A program made the position numbers and the translations under genes. DNA of 63,945 bases, the filler included, from Sandaracinaceae bacterium (GTDB taxonomy: Bacteria; Myxococcota_A; Polyangia; Polyangiales; JADJQN01), in the NCBI GenBank assembly GCA_947483975.1. It is 6 parts of 6 records of this genome, joined end to end, with 100 filler letters (N's around TTAATTAATTAA, not from the genome) between each part and the next. Parts side by side here need not be neighbours in the genome. Positions count along the whole stretch, not along the records: positions 43,480 to 54,177 come from CANKOL010000164.1; positions 54,278 to 63,945 come from CANKOL010000194.1; 4 more parts are not named here. The stretch is one strand, 5' to 3'. The notes beneath the pieces are model-generated. The model was not told the origin of the DNA. It searched no databases and was given only the letters and a program-made list of their open reading frames with translations. Of this stretch, positions 44,716 to 54,878 are shown one piece after another. Position 1 is the first letter of the stretch; every line of letters begins with the position of its first letter.

Positions 44716-45791
44716 AGCCCGTTCGCGTCTTGGTCGTCGACGACAGCGCCTTCAACCGGCGCACGCTCTCCGATCTGCTCGTCGCGCTGCCGGGCGTCGA
44801 GGTCATCGCCAAGGCCTCCGATGGCGAGGAGGCGCTCAAGCTCGCGGTCGAGCTCTCGCCCGATCTGATCACGCTCGACCTCGAGATGCCGCGCATGGAC
44901 GGCTTCACGTTCCTGCGGCTGCTGATGGTGCGGAAGCCGACGCCGGTGATCGTCGTCAGCGGCTTCGCGGCGAAGGAGAACGTGTTTCGCGCGCTGGAGC
45001 TCGGCGCGCTCGACTTCATCGCCAAGCCGACGCGCACCGTGACCGCCGACCTCAGCTCGATCCAGCAAGAGCTCGCCGAGAAGGTCGCGCTCGTGCGGCA
45101 GCTCTCGCCGACGGCCGCGAGCCCGACGCGCGCGGGCTTCCGCGGGCGCAGCGCCACCGCGACGGGCGCGCTTCCGGCGATGCCCGATCACGCAGTGGCT
45201 CGCGCCGTCGCCGGGATGCCGCGCTGGCTGGTCGTCGTCGCGTCATCGACGGGCGGACCGACCGCGCTGCTCGAGGTGTTCACGCAGCTCCCCGCGAGCG
45301 CCTCGGCCGCGCTCGTCGTCGCGCAGCACATGCCCGAGCGCTTCACCAAGACCTTCGCCGAGCGGCTCGACCGACTCTCGACGTTCACGGTGGAAGAGAG
45401 CAGCGACGTGCAGGTGCTGCGCCCCGGGCACGCGATCATCGGCGCGGGCGGGCGCTGCATCGAGGTCGTCCGGCGCGGCGCGGAGCTCCTGACGAAGTCC
45501 GTCCCAGTGGACGCGGCGGACCGGTACGTGCCGTCGGCGGATCGACTGTTCGAGAGCGCGGCGCGCGCGATGGGCGCACGCACGATCGGCGTCGTGCTGA
45601 CCGGGATGGGCGACGACGGGGCCAAGGGGACCCTCGCCATCCGCGACGCAGGCGGCACGATCCTCGCGGAGTCCGCGGACACGGCGGTCGTCTACGGGAT
45701 GCCAGGCGCCGCAGTGCGCACGGGCGCCGTCGGGGCCGTGTTGCCGCTGCGTGAGCTCGCCGCGCGGCTGGCGGCGATGATCATGGCCTGA
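44712..45791 (+). CDS. cheB: Chemotaxis methylesterase CheB (REC + esterase)
   Basis: VVDDS, TLDLEMPRMDG, SSTGG, QHMP, LTGMGDDG, VYGMP. Confidence 0.96.
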   Translation: MKPVRVLVVDDSAFNRRTLSDLLVALPGVEVIAKASDGEEALKLAVELSPDLITLDLEMPRMDGFTFLRLLMVRKPTPVIVVSGFAAKENVFRALELGALDFIAKPTRTVTADLSSIQQELAEKVALVRQLSPTAASPTRAGFRGRSATATGALPAMPDHAVARAVAGMPRWLVVVASSTGGPTALLEVFTQLPASASAALVVAQHMPERFTKTFAERLDRLSTFTVEESSDVQVLRPGHAIIGAGGRCIEVVRRGAELLTKSVPVDAADRYVPSADRLFESAARAMGARTIGVVLTGMGDDGAKGTLAIRDAGGTILAESADTAVVYGMPGAAVRTGAVGAVLPLRELAARLAAMIMA

Positions 45792-45868
45792 TTCGAAGTC
45801 ATCCTGTGGGATGACGGACACTCTCCGCATGGTGTACGGTCTCTCCCGGGTCACCGAGCACGAGGCGA

Positions 45869-46738
45869 ATGAACGACGAACGCCCAAAGAAGCGGGCCAA
45901 GGACAAGCGGACGAGCGACGCCCCCGTCGATCTGACGAAGGAGCGCGAGGCGTTCGTCCGTACTTTCCTCCGCAAGGGCGTGGAGCTCACGGAGGACCTG
46001 CTGCGTGAGAACGACGTGCTGCAGAGCCAGCTGTCGAGCCTGCAGATCGAGAACGCGAGGCTGCGCGCGCAGGTCGCCAGCGACGACGCGATCCGGGAGC
46101 TGCTGCGCACGGTCGAGGCGCTCGAGCAGGAGAAGAAAGAGCTCATGCAGCGCTCGCGCGAGCTCGAGCAGGCGAAGGACAAGCACCAGGGGCGGTACAC
46201 CGAGATCGAGCAGGAGCTCAACGACCTCGCGAACCTCTACGTCGCGTCCTTTCAGCTGCACGTCGCGCTCGCGCCCCGCCGCGTCCTACGGAACGTGAAG
46301 GAGCTGCTCGCGCAGCTCGTCGGCGCCGAGTCGTTCGTCATCTACATCGTCGAGCCCGACGGCAAGCACGCGCAGCCCGTCGGCTCGGAGGGCATCGCGG
46401 AGTCCGAGCTCGGCCCGGTGCAGCTCGGCGCAGGCAAGATCGGCGAGTCGCTCGCGACGGGCATCGCGTCGATGCAGACCGCCGCGCCGCTCACCGGCGG
46501 CACGCTCGAGGAGCCGCTCGCGGTCATCCCGCTCCAGGCCGATGGCCGCTGCGTCGGGGCGATCGCGATCCTGTCGCTCCTCGCGCAGAAGACCTCTTGG
46601 GCGAGCGTCGACGAGGAGCTCTTTCATTTGCTCGGGGCGCACGCCGCCACCGCGCTCATCGCAGCGTCGCTGTTCTCGCGCACGTCCGGCCCTGCCGCGG
46701 CGCTCGCGGGGCTGCGCGAGCAGCTGCACCTGGAATAA
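45869..46738 (+). CDS. Coiled-coil + GAF domain protein
   Basis: Heptad region, NDLANLYVASFQLH, then a GAF-like fold. Confidence 0.8.
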   Translation: MNDERPKKRAKDKRTSDAPVDLTKEREAFVRTFLRKGVELTEDLLRENDVLQSQLSSLQIENARLRAQVASDDAIRELLRTVEALEQEKKELMQRSRELEQAKDKHQGRYTEIEQELNDLANLYVASFQLHVALAPRRVLRNVKELLAQLVGAESFVIYIVEPDGKHAQPVGSEGIAESELGPVQLGAGKIGESLATGIASMQTAAPLTGGTLEEPLAVIPLQADGRCVGAIAILSLLAQKTSWASVDEELFHLLGAHAATALIAASLFSRTSGPAAALAGLREQLHLE

Positions 46739-46770
46739 CAACGCGTGTCTTCCGAAACGAGCGGATCCTG

Positions 46771-47148
46771 ATGGCTGACTTCTCCTGTCTCGTCGTAGAG
46801 GACTCGCCGATGATGCGGCAGCTTCTCGTCTTCGCCCTCGCGCGGATCAAGAGGCTCAGCGTCGTCGAGGCAGACGACGGCGTCGATGGCCTGCGCAAGC
46901 TCGCGGCGGGCAAGTTCGACCTGATCATCACCGACATCAACATGCCGATCATGGACGGGCTGAAGCTCGTCAAGCGCATCCGCTCGGACGCTGTGCACAA
47001 GGATGTGCCGATCATCATCATCACGACCGAGGGCTCGTCCGAGGACCGGCAGCGCGCGATGTCGCTCGGCGCCAACGCGTACATCACGAAGCCGATCCAG
47101 GCTCCGCAGGTGATCGCGAAGGTCAAGGAATTGCTGAAGATCGAGTAG
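46771..47148 (+). CDS. cheY: CheY-like single-domain response regulator
   Basis: VVEDS, TDINMPIMDG, ITTEG, YITKP. Confidence 0.88.
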   Translation: MADFSCLVVEDSPMMRQLLVFALARIKRLSVVEADDGVDGLRKLAAGKFDLIITDINMPIMDGLKLVKRIRSDAVHKDVPIIIITTEGSSEDRQRAMSLGANAYITKPIQAPQVIAKVKELLKIE

Positions 47149-47207
47149 GTTCTGGCGACTCGGCGGGAGGCGCGACGAGGCCGCCGGACGGCGCAGCGGG
47201 CCTGCCG

Positions 47208-48764
47208 CTACGCCGCCGGCAGGTACATCGAGACCGCGACGCCGTCGACCTCGGTGCTGACCTCGACGCGGCCGCCGAGGTCATCGAGGGTGCGCCGCAC
47301 GACGGCGAGGCCGAGGCCCGTGCCGTGCGCGCGCGTCGTGAAGAACGGGTCGAAGACGCGCTCGCGCACCTCCGCGGGGAGGTGAGCGCCGTCGTTGAAG
47401 ACGCGCAGACAGATCTCGTTCGGCGCCGTCCGCAGCGTGTCGACTCGGACCTTGCCCCGCGGCCCTTTGTGCTGCGTCGCGTTGAGCAGGACGTTGACGA
47501 GCGCGCGGTGCAGCAGCTCTGGATCTGCGCGCACCTCGCCGGCGTCGGGCGCGAGCACGACGAGCGCCGTCTCGCTCAGCGCCGGATCACCGGTCGGGTC
47601 CTGCGCGACGGCGCTGATCGCTCGCTGGATGAGCGCGCGGAGCGGCACGACCGAGAGCTGCGGGTCCGAAGGGCGCGCGAACGCGAGCAGGTCGCGGACG
47701 AGGCGGTTCAGGCGCTCGGTCTCCTCGTCGAGGATGTCGAGCAACTGGCGCGCGTCCGGGGGCGCGTCACGCCCGAGGATGCGGCGCAGCGTCGCGCCCG
47801 CGTTCGCGACGATCGCGAGCGGGTTGCGCACCTCGTGCGCGAGCACCGCGCTCATCTCCCCGACGGCGGCGAGGCGCTCGCGCCGGACGAGCTCGACCTG
47901 CATCGCCTCGATGCGCGTCGTCGCCGCGATCTGCGCCGTGAAGAGCCGCAGCGCGACGCTGTCGTCGACCGAGATCGTCCGACCGATGACGAGCAGCACC
48001 GCCGCCGGGCCCGTCGGTCCAGGGACCGGGACCCACGCGGCGCGCATCGTCCCGGGCTCCCCAGCGAAAAACCGGGCGGACTGCCCGGCGATACCGGCCG
48101 CGGATGAGAGCCGCCCCACGAAGTCGTCGACGTAGATCGCCTCGCCGGAGCGGAGCACCTCGTTCGTCACCGACATCTCCGAGCGCTGCAGGAGCTTGTC
48201 GTGCAGGCCCTGCGTGAAGCGCGCGAAGGCATCGTCGCCCTCGATGTTGACGACGTAGCGGGAGCGCAGCCCATCGCCGTGCGGCTCGATCAGGAACGCG
48301 CGCCAGCCGAGCTCCGCGAAGACGGGCTCGACGCGCTCGAACAGCGTCTCGAGCGAGACGACCGAGTCGCTCACCGGAGCCAGCTTCGAGAGCTGCGCGA
48401 CCACCGTCTCGTCGTGCGTCGGCGGGGCTGGAGGAGCGCCGACCAAGAGGACCCGCGAGCCGTCGGGCACCAGGCGTACGACGTGGAGCCGCATCGTGAG
48501 CTCTCTGCCGGTGCCCGGATCGCGCAAGCGCACGCAGTCCGGGTCTGGGAGCCCGATGCCCGCCTGGATCAGCCGCAGCTGCGACTCGAGGCGCGCGAAT
48601 TCACCCTCCGCGAGGACCGCGCCGACGCTCGTGCCCGCGAGCGCCTCGCTCGCCACCCCGAGGAGCGCGGCGCCCGCGCGATTGACCCACTCGAACGTGA
48701 GCCCGGCCACCACGAAGACCGGATGCGGGAAGAGATCGAGGAGCTCGTCCGATGGGCGGGGCAC
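47208..48764 (-). CDS. PAS/GAF sensor histidine kinase
   Basis: LAHEVRNPL H-box, NVLLNA, NDG, FDPFFTT, GTGLGLA. Confidence 0.92.
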   Translation of the reverse strand: MPRPSDELLDLFPHPVFVVAGLTFEWVNRAGAALLGVASEALAGTSVGAVLAEGEFARLESQLRLIQAGIGLPDPDCVRLRDPGTGRELTMRLHVVRLVPDGSRVLLVGAPPAPPTHDETVVAQLSKLAPVSDSVVSLETLFERVEPVFAELGWRAFLIEPHGDGLRSRYVVNIEGDDAFARFTQGLHDKLLQRSEMSVTNEVLRSGEAIYVDDFVGRLSSAAGIAGQSARFFAGEPGTMRAAWVPVPGPTGPAAVLLVIGRTISVDDSVALRLFTAQIAATTRIEAMQVELVRRERLAAVGEMSAVLAHEVRNPLAIVANAGATLRRILGRDAPPDARQLLDILDEETERLNRLVRDLLAFARPSDPQLSVVPLRALIQRAISAVAQDPTGDPALSETALVVLAPDAGEVRADPELLHRALVNVLLNATQHKGPRGKVRVDTLRTAPNEICLRVFNDGAHLPAEVRERVFDPFFTTRAHGTGLGLAVVRRTLDDLGGRVEVSTEVDGVAVSMYLPAA

Positions 48765-48816
48765 TGCGCGGGACTCTAGCAGAGCGGCGCAGAGGCCGAC
48801 GCTCGCGCGGGGCTCG

Positions 48817-49422
48817 TCAGCGCACCTTGCGCTTCACGCGCGGGGCGAGGGTCGCGCGCGCGGCGCCGGCGAGCACATCGCGCAGGCGGTCATCGCCCAC
48901 CTGCGAGAGCGCCTTCGCGATCTCGGGCGGGAGCAGCGTGTCGAGGGGCGCAGGCGGCGGCGAGGAGTCGCTGCGACGCTCAGGCGGGGGCGGAATCGGC
49001 GGCAGGGGCCCGACCTGAATGCGCAGATCGCGCACGCCGGCCTGGGGGGCGAAGCGCTTGATCGCGCCGAGGATCTGCTCGCGCAGGAAGCTGAGGTCGC
49101 TGACCCACGCGCTCGTCGCCGCGTGCACGATCATCACGCCCTTGTGGATGCGCACCGGGCGCGCGTTCTTGGCGACGCGGGGCGGCACGGCGCGCGCCCA
49201 CCAAGCGAACGCGCGGAGCGCGGCGATCTCCTCGGGCTCGGACGACGGGTAGGCCTTGAGCACGAGCCCAGCGAGCGCCGCGGGCTCGCCGCCGCGCTTC
49301 TTCTTCTTGCCGAGCATCTTCGCGCCCGGCGGAATCGGGCGCATCGGCCTCTCGGCGGGCCCTTCCCAGCGGAACTTCTTGCCGCGCGGGCCCTCTCCGC
49401 CGGATCGCGTCTCGCTGGCCAC
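48817..49422 (-). CDS. DUF721 / DciA-family protein
   Basis: WARAVPPRVAKNARPVRIHKGVMIVHAATSAWVSDLSFLREQIL; start uncertain (49422 or 49344). Confidence 0.8.
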   Translation of the reverse strand: MASETRSGGEGPRGKKFRWEGPAERPMRPIPPGAKMLGKKKKRGGEPAALAGLVLKAYPSSEPEEIAALRAFAWWARAVPPRVAKNARPVRIHKGVMIVHAATSAWVSDLSFLREQILGAIKRFAPQAGVRDLRIQVGPLPPIPPPPERRSDSSPPPAPLDTLLPPEIAKALSQVGDDRLRDVLAGAARATLAPRVKRKVR

Positions 49423-49491
49423 GGGGCGAAGGTATCGCGGATGGTCGGTACGGGCACGCGCGACCCGCGAACCTGTGTAGAGTCCCGCAGT

Positions 49492-50688
49492 GTGAGCGCC
49501 GCACGCGAGCCGCAGCTGATCGACACCGAGGACGCGCTCGTCGCGCTCGCGCGCTCCCTCGCTGGCGCCGAGAGCCTCGCGCTCGACGTCGAGGGCGATG
49601 GGCTCTTTCGCTACCGCGCGCGGCTCTGCACGCTGCAGCTCGCGACGCCGGAGCACCTCGCGATCGTCGACACGCTGGCGCTCCGCGACCTCTCGCCGCT
49701 CGCGCCGCTGTTCGGACCCGAAGGCCCGCAGAAGCTGCTGCACGACGCGGCGTTCGACGCGCGCCTGCTGCGCGAGCAGGGCTTGCCGCTCGGTCGTGTG
49801 CTCGACACCGCGGTGTGCGCGCGCTTCCTCGGCGAGCCGGCGCAGGGGCTCGCGGCGCTGCTCGACAAGCACTTCGGGCTCACGCTGCCGAAGGATCGAC
49901 AGCGCGCCGACTGGGGCGTGCGGCCCCTCGACGAGCACGCCGTGCGCTACCTCGCGGGGGATGTGCTCCACCTGCATGGGCTCGCAGAGCGGCTGCTCGG
50001 CGCGGCGCGCGAGCTCGACATCGTCGCGGAGATCGAGGAGGAGTGCCTCTACGTGCTGTCGCGCGCGGCAGACGAGCCGGCGCCCTCGCCGCCCGCGTGG
50101 ACGCGCGTGAAGGGCGGGCTCGAGCTCCCGCCCGTCGCGCGCGCCATGCTGCGCGAGCTCTGCAGCGCGCGGGAGGACGAAGCGCAGCGCCGCGATGTGC
50201 CGCCGTTCAAGGTGCTCGGCAACGAGGCGCTCCTCGCGATCGCGCGTCGGCACCCGCGCACGCGGCACGATCTGCGCGCCATCGGCGGGGACGTCGCGGT
50301 GCGTCACACCGACTTCGCCGAGCAGCTGCTCGAGGCCATCCGACGCGGCGAGGCGCTCGGCGAGGTGCCCGTCGAGGAGCTCCGTCCGACGCAGGGGCGC
50401 GTGCCGACCAACGCCGAGCGCAACGCGCTCCGCGCGCGAGAGAAGGCCCTGCAGACGTGGCGGCGCACCGCCGCGACGGCGCGTGGCGTCGACCCGCAGG
50501 TGGTGCTGCCCGGACACTGCCTCTCGCTGCTCGCCGAGCGCGACGCAGACACGCTCGACGCGTTGTCCTCGGTGCGGGGGCTCGGCGCGGTGCGCCTCGA
50601 GCGGCACGGGGAAGCGCTCCTCGCGACGCTCGCCGCGGTGCGCGCCGCGCCCACGGCGAGCCTCACCCAAAGCACGGGAGAGCCGTGA
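49492..50688 (+). CDS. rnd: Ribonuclease D (DEDDy exonuclease + HRDC)
   Basis: ALDVEG..CTLQLA, LHDAAFD, DTAV, QRADWGVRPL, YLAGDV, DVPPFKVL. Confidence 0.9.
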   Translation: MSAAREPQLIDTEDALVALARSLAGAESLALDVEGDGLFRYRARLCTLQLATPEHLAIVDTLALRDLSPLAPLFGPEGPQKLLHDAAFDARLLREQGLPLGRVLDTAVCARFLGEPAQGLAALLDKHFGLTLPKDRQRADWGVRPLDEHAVRYLAGDVLHLHGLAERLLGAARELDIVAEIEEECLYVLSRAADEPAPSPPAWTRVKGGLELPPVARAMLRELCSAREDEAQRRDVPPFKVLGNEALLAIARRHPRTRHDLRAIGGDVAVRHTDFAEQLLEAIRRGEALGEVPVEELRPTQGRVPTNAERNALRAREKALQTWRRTAATARGVDPQVVLPGHCLSLLAERDADTLDALSSVRGLGAVRLERHGEALLATLAAVRAAPTASLTQSTGEP

Positions 50689-51527
50689 GCGACGCCGTCG
50701 TCTGGGGCCTCGGGGAGCTCGGCGCCGTGTTCTCGCGCGGGCTGCTGCGCACGGGGCGCGCCGTGTTCCCCGTGGTGCGCAGCACCCAGCTGGACCCGCT
50801 CGCGAGCCGAGTGCCGGACCCCGAGGTCGTGCTCGTCGCCGTCGGTGAGAGCGACCTCGACGGCGTGCTCGCCGCGATGCCCCTCGCCTGGCGGGGGCGC
50901 GTCGCCTTGCTGCAGAACGAGCTGCGCCCGCGCGACTGGGAGCGGCACGCCATCGACGCCCCGACGCTCGCCGTCGTGTGGTTCGAGAAGAAGCGCGGCA
51001 CCGACGTGCGCGTGCTCTTGCCGACGGTCGTGTCGGGCAGCGCGGCGACCCCGCTGCTCGAAGCGCTCGCTGCGCTCGGCGTCGCAGCGGAGCGCGCCGA
51101 GGCAGACGCAGCGGAGCGCGCGGACACAGACGCAGCGGAGCGCGCTGAGGCAGACGCAGCGGAGCGCGCGGACACAGACGCAGCGCTCGGCGCGCTCGCC
51201 GCGAAGAACCTCTACATCCTCGTGACGAACCTCGCCGGGATGCTCGTCGGCGGCGACGTCGGGGCGCTGCTCGGCACGCACCGCGCGCTCGCGCTCGAGG
51301 TCGCGCGCGACGTGCTCGACCTCGAGACGGCGTTGTTCGCGCCGCACGCGTTCAGTCGAGCCGAGGCGCTCGAGGTGCTCGAGCGCGCGGGCGCGGCGGA
51401 CCCGCAGCACGCGTGCATGGGGCGCAGCGCTCCGGTGCGGCTCGCGCGCAGCCTCGCGCACGCCGACCGGCTTGGGCTCGCCGTGCCGACGCTGCGGCGG
51501 ATCGCGCGCGAAGCCCTGAAAAAATAA
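50685..51527 (+). CDS. Ketopantoate-reductase-like Rossmann protein
   Basis: VVWGLGELG, LLQNEL, WFEKK, KNLYIL. Confidence 0.6.
   Translation: MSDAVVWGLGELGAVFSRGLLRTGRAVFPVVRSTQLDPLASRVPDPEVVLVAVGESDLDGVLAAMPLAWRGRVALLQNELRPRDWERHAIDAPTLAVVWFEKKRGTDVRVLLPTVVSGSAATPLLEALAALGVAAERAEADAAERADTDAAERAEADAAERADTDAALGALAAKNLYILVTNLAGMLVGGDVGALLGTHRALALEVARDVLDLETALFAPHAFSRAEALEVLERAGAADPQHACMGRSAPVRLARSLAHADRLGLAVPTLRRIAREALKK
51084..51185 (+). repeat. 24-bp coding tandem repeat x4 (AAERAEAD/AAERADTD)
   Basis: gcagcggagcgcgc(c/g/t)ga..cagac at 51084, 51108, 51132, 51156. Confidence 0.9.
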
Positions 51528-51542
51528 GGCGAAGCGCGGGTC

Positions 51543-52580
51543 TCAGCGACCCTTCTTCGCCGGCCTCTTCGGTGCCTTCGGCTGCGCCCGCTGCGATGCC
51601 GCGGCCAGGCTGCGCGTCGCCGCGAGGCCCGCGAGCAGCTCCGTCAGCACGGTCGCCGCGAGGAGCGAGGTGTTGCCGCTCGGGTCGTGATCCGGCGAGA
51701 TCTCGACGACGTCGAGCCCGACGATCTCGAGCCCGACCAGCCCGCGCACGAGCGTCAGCGCCTCCCAGCTCGTCATGCCGCCAGGCACGGGCGTGCCGGT
51801 GCCCGGCGCGTACGCCGGGTCGACCCCATCGAGGTCGAACGAGACGTAGAACTTCCCGCGGTCGCGCAGCCCCGCGAGCTCCGCGAGGACCGCGTCGAGC
51901 GAGCGCTTGATCTCGTCGATCATGACGATGCGAAACCCATGCTCGCGCGCGAAGGCGAGGTCGTTGGCCGCGGTGAACGGCCCGCGAATCCCGAGCTGCA
52001 CGACGTCGCGCGGGCGCAGCAGCCCCTCCTCGACGGCCTTCCGAAACACCGTCCCGTGGTGGAGGTCGACGTCCCACGCGGGGCCGAAGGTGTCGCTGTG
52101 CGCGTCGAAGACGACCAGCCCGAGCGGCCCGTGCACGCGCGCGAGCGCCCGCAGCGTGCCGAGCGAGATCGTGTGATCCCCGCCGATGAACGCGGGCACT
52201 GCGCCGGCGCGCGCGATCTCGTCGGCGCGCGCCTCGATGCTCGCGAGCGAGCGCTCGACGCTCATCGGCACGCACGCGACGTCGCCGCCGTCGGCGCAGC
52301 GCAGCTGCTCGAAGAGGTCGACGCCCTGCGCGGGATGAAAGCCTCGCGTCAGCGCGCTCGCGTTGCGCACGCCGCGCGGACCGAAGCGCGCGCCCGGGCG
52401 AAACGTCGTGCCGCCGTCGAAGGGCGCGCCGCAGATCAGCACGTCGACGTCCCGCGGGTCGTCGTGCACCGGCAAGCGCAGGAACGTCGGCACGCCCGCG
52501 AAGCGCGGGACCTTGCGCGTCGAGACCGGCTTCATCTCCAGCTTCGTCGGCTTCTTCGCCTTGGCGGCTTCATCCGGCAT
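51543..52580 (-). CDS. speB: Agmatinase (ureohydrolase family)
   Basis: RPGARFGP, GGDHT, FDAHSD, SFDLDGVDPAYAPGTGTP. Confidence 0.9.
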   Translation of the reverse strand: MPDEAAKAKKPTKLEMKPVSTRKVPRFAGVPTFLRLPVHDDPRDVDVLICGAPFDGGTTFRPGARFGPRGVRNASALTRGFHPAQGVDLFEQLRCADGGDVACVPMSVERSLASIEARADEIARAGAVPAFIGGDHTISLGTLRALARVHGPLGLVVFDAHSDTFGPAWDVDLHHGTVFRKAVEEGLLRPRDVVQLGIRGPFTAANDLAFAREHGFRIVMIDEIKRSLDAVLAELAGLRDRGKFYVSFDLDGVDPAYAPGTGTPVPGGMTSWEALTLVRGLVGLEIVGLDVVEISPDHDPSGNTSLLAATVLTELLAGLAATRSLAAASQRAQPKAPKRPAKKGR

Positions 52581-53412
52581 CTTCGTCACAGGCGATCTCC
52601 TCGACTCGAAGCCCAGGCGCGGGCGTCTGCTGAAAGGCGCCGTCCGGCACCGTCACGTTGACGTCGATGTCCTCGAAGCGCAGCCGAGTGTCGGTGTCGC
52701 GCCCCGGGTGCTCGAAGAAGACCTCGTAGGGGATGGCGACGCCCTGCTCGCCGACGGGCACGACGCGGTAGTCGTCGTAGGTGACGCGCCAGAGCGTGTG
52801 CCCGCGCGCGTCGAAGACCTCCGTGCGCAAGAGGCGCAGGCGCTGCTCGGCGGGAGGCGCGTGCTCGTCGGCGTCCCGAATACCGAGCTCGATCTCCTGC
52901 CGCCCGCCGTCGCGCCCGAAGAGCGCGAGGTGATAGTGCCCGTCGTCCGGGTCGACGGTGATGGTCTCGCGCACGCTCTCGATGCGCGGCGTGCCCCCGA
53001 GCAAGAGCCGCCCGATGTCCTCGCTCGAGAGCGGCATCCCGAGCAGGCGCGCGATGCTCGAAGGGCACGCGCGCCCCGTCACGAACGTGCGCTCGCGGAA
53101 GTCCGCCATCGCGAAGGTGTGCCCGTCGCTCGTCAGCGCCGCGGCAGGCCCAAACTGCGTCATCACGTCGAAGCGCACGCGGTCGGGGCGCTCGACGAAC
53201 ATCAGCACGGTGCCGCGGACGCGCCCCTGCGACCCGCGCTGATCGGCGCGCGCCTCGGCGCGCAGCGAGCGAATCCGCACGCGCAGCGAGTCGTGCGCGC
53301 GGAGCGCCTGCTGCGCGTCGGACCAAGGCTGCGTCGGTCGCACGAGGTGCGGGCAGCCGGTGAGCGGGAGCGCGAGGAGCGCGAGCGCGAAGGAGAGCGG
53401 GAGCAGGCGCAT
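52570..53412 (-). CDS. Lipoprotein, LolA/DUF4292-like fold
   Basis: LTGC lipobox; RSLRAEAR...VERPDRVRFD..FG. Confidence 0.6.
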   Translation of the reverse strand: MRLLPLSFALALLALPLTGCPHLVRPTQPWSDAQQALRAHDSLRVRIRSLRAEARADQRGSQGRVRGTVLMFVERPDRVRFDVMTQFGPAAALTSDGHTFAMADFRERTFVTGRACPSSIARLLGMPLSSEDIGRLLLGGTPRIESVRETITVDPDDGHYHLALFGRDGGRQEIELGIRDADEHAPPAEQRLRLLRTEVFDARGHTLWRVTYDDYRVVPVGEQGVAIPYEVFFEHPGRDTDTRLRFEDIDVNVTVPDGAFQQTPAPGLRVEEIACDEDAG

Positions 53413-53477
53413 GGGCGCGCCGAGCGTAGCAGCGCGTCGAGGAGGATGTCTGTTCGGCCCACTACGCTCCGCGGCGC

Positions 53478-54177
53478 TCAGCCGGGCAGCGCGTCGGCCG
53501 GCGCTCCCATCGCGGGCTCCGGCGAGGCGGCGACGAGGGCCTCGTGCAGCCGCTCGAGCTCAGCGAGGAGGCGCGCGCCCATCACCGTCGGCCGCGCCTT
53601 CTCGCGCAGGATGGCTAGCCCCCGCGCGTTGCCCGCGAGGACCTCGCGGCGACGGTGCGCGAACCGCGCCGTCTGCGCGGCGGCGTGGCCGCGCTCGGCG
53701 AGCCCGTAGTGCAGCGCGGCGACGGGGATGAACGCGTGCACCGCGAGGAGCACGCCCATCACCGGGCGCAGATCCGGGCGAACCGGCGACGCGGTCCACT
53801 CGGTGTAGGCGTTCTCGAGCACGGGCTCGAGCCACGACAGCAGGTTGAGCTTGGTGTGCTGCGTCTCGTGCACGACGGCCTCCGCGAGCGTGAGCGCGTC
53901 GGGGTGCAGCGTGAGGTACGCGACGAGCGGCGCCTCGCGGTAGCTCGCCGAGAGATGTCGCTCGGCGTGCCAGCCGACCGGCACGAGGCGCTCGAGCGCG
54001 CGCGGCAGCTCCGCCCACCACGCCGGCAGCCCGACGCGCACGAGCTCGAGCGCGGTGTGGAGCGACTCGACCCATTCTTCGAGATCGTGCCCGCCGAGAT
54101 CGAGCGCGTTGCCGCCCTTCTCGGGGTGCGCCTCGAGCATCGCGAGCGGGTTGCTGTCGAAGGTCGCGAGGCGCAGC
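53478..54177 (-). CDS. Partial HExxH-motif protein (aKG-HExxH peptide beta-hydroxylase-like)
   Basis: LAEAVVHETQHTKLNLL...SPVRPDLRPVMGVLLAVHAF. Confidence 0.8.
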
Positions 54178-54277
54178 NNNNNNNNNNNNNNNNNNNNNNN
54201 NNNNNNNNNNNNNNNNNNNNNTTAATTAATTAANNNNNNNNNNNNNNNNNNNNNNNNNNNNNNNNNNNNNNNNNNNN
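54178..54277. other. Artificial contig linker
   Basis: N44-TTAATTAATTAA-N44. Confidence 0.98.
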
Positions 54278-54822
54278 AGGTCCGCGGCGCTCGCCAGACG
54301 CGCGAGCTCCGTCGCGCGCTCAGCGTCGGTGCGCGCCTCCGCGTAGTCGCCCGTGTGCAGCTCGACCGCGTGCGCGCCCGTCGCGATCGACGCGCGGACC
54401 TGCGCCGCGTCGGGGTCGATGAACAGGCTCGTCGGCACGCCCGCGGCGTGCAGGCGCGCGACGACCGTGCGCAGCGAGTCGACCTGCGAGGCGACGTCCA
54501 AGCCGCCCTCCGTCGTGCGCTCCATGCGCTTCTCGGGCACGAGCGTCACGAGGTCGGGGCGCAGGCGCTCGGCGATGCCCAGCGTCTCGGGCGTCGCCGC
54601 CATCTCGAGGTTCAGCAGCGTCTTGGCCGTGCGCCGGAGCACCTCGACGTCGCGGTCCTGAATGTGCCGCCGGTCCTCGCGCAGATGCACGGTGATCCCG
54701 TGCGCGCCCGCGAGCTCACACAGCACCGCCGCGTCCACAGGGTCGGGATAGGCCGTGCCGCGCGCTTGCCGCAAGGTGGCGACGTGATCGACGTTGACGT
54801 GAAGGCGAATGAGCGACGGCAT
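54278..54822 (-). CDS. pdxJ: Pyridoxine 5'-phosphate synthase (3'-truncated)
   Basis: [39 protein letters not shown]. Confidence 0.96.
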
Positions 54823-54878
54823 GAAGCGCCGAAGGTACACCCCGAAACGCCGCCTTCAAAAGTAGTCGCCCTCGGCCC

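Noticed and set aside
48496..49491. N-terminal extension of the RNase D ORF
   Set aside because: It overlaps the DUF721 and kinase genes on the opposite strand; the real start is likely GTG 49492.
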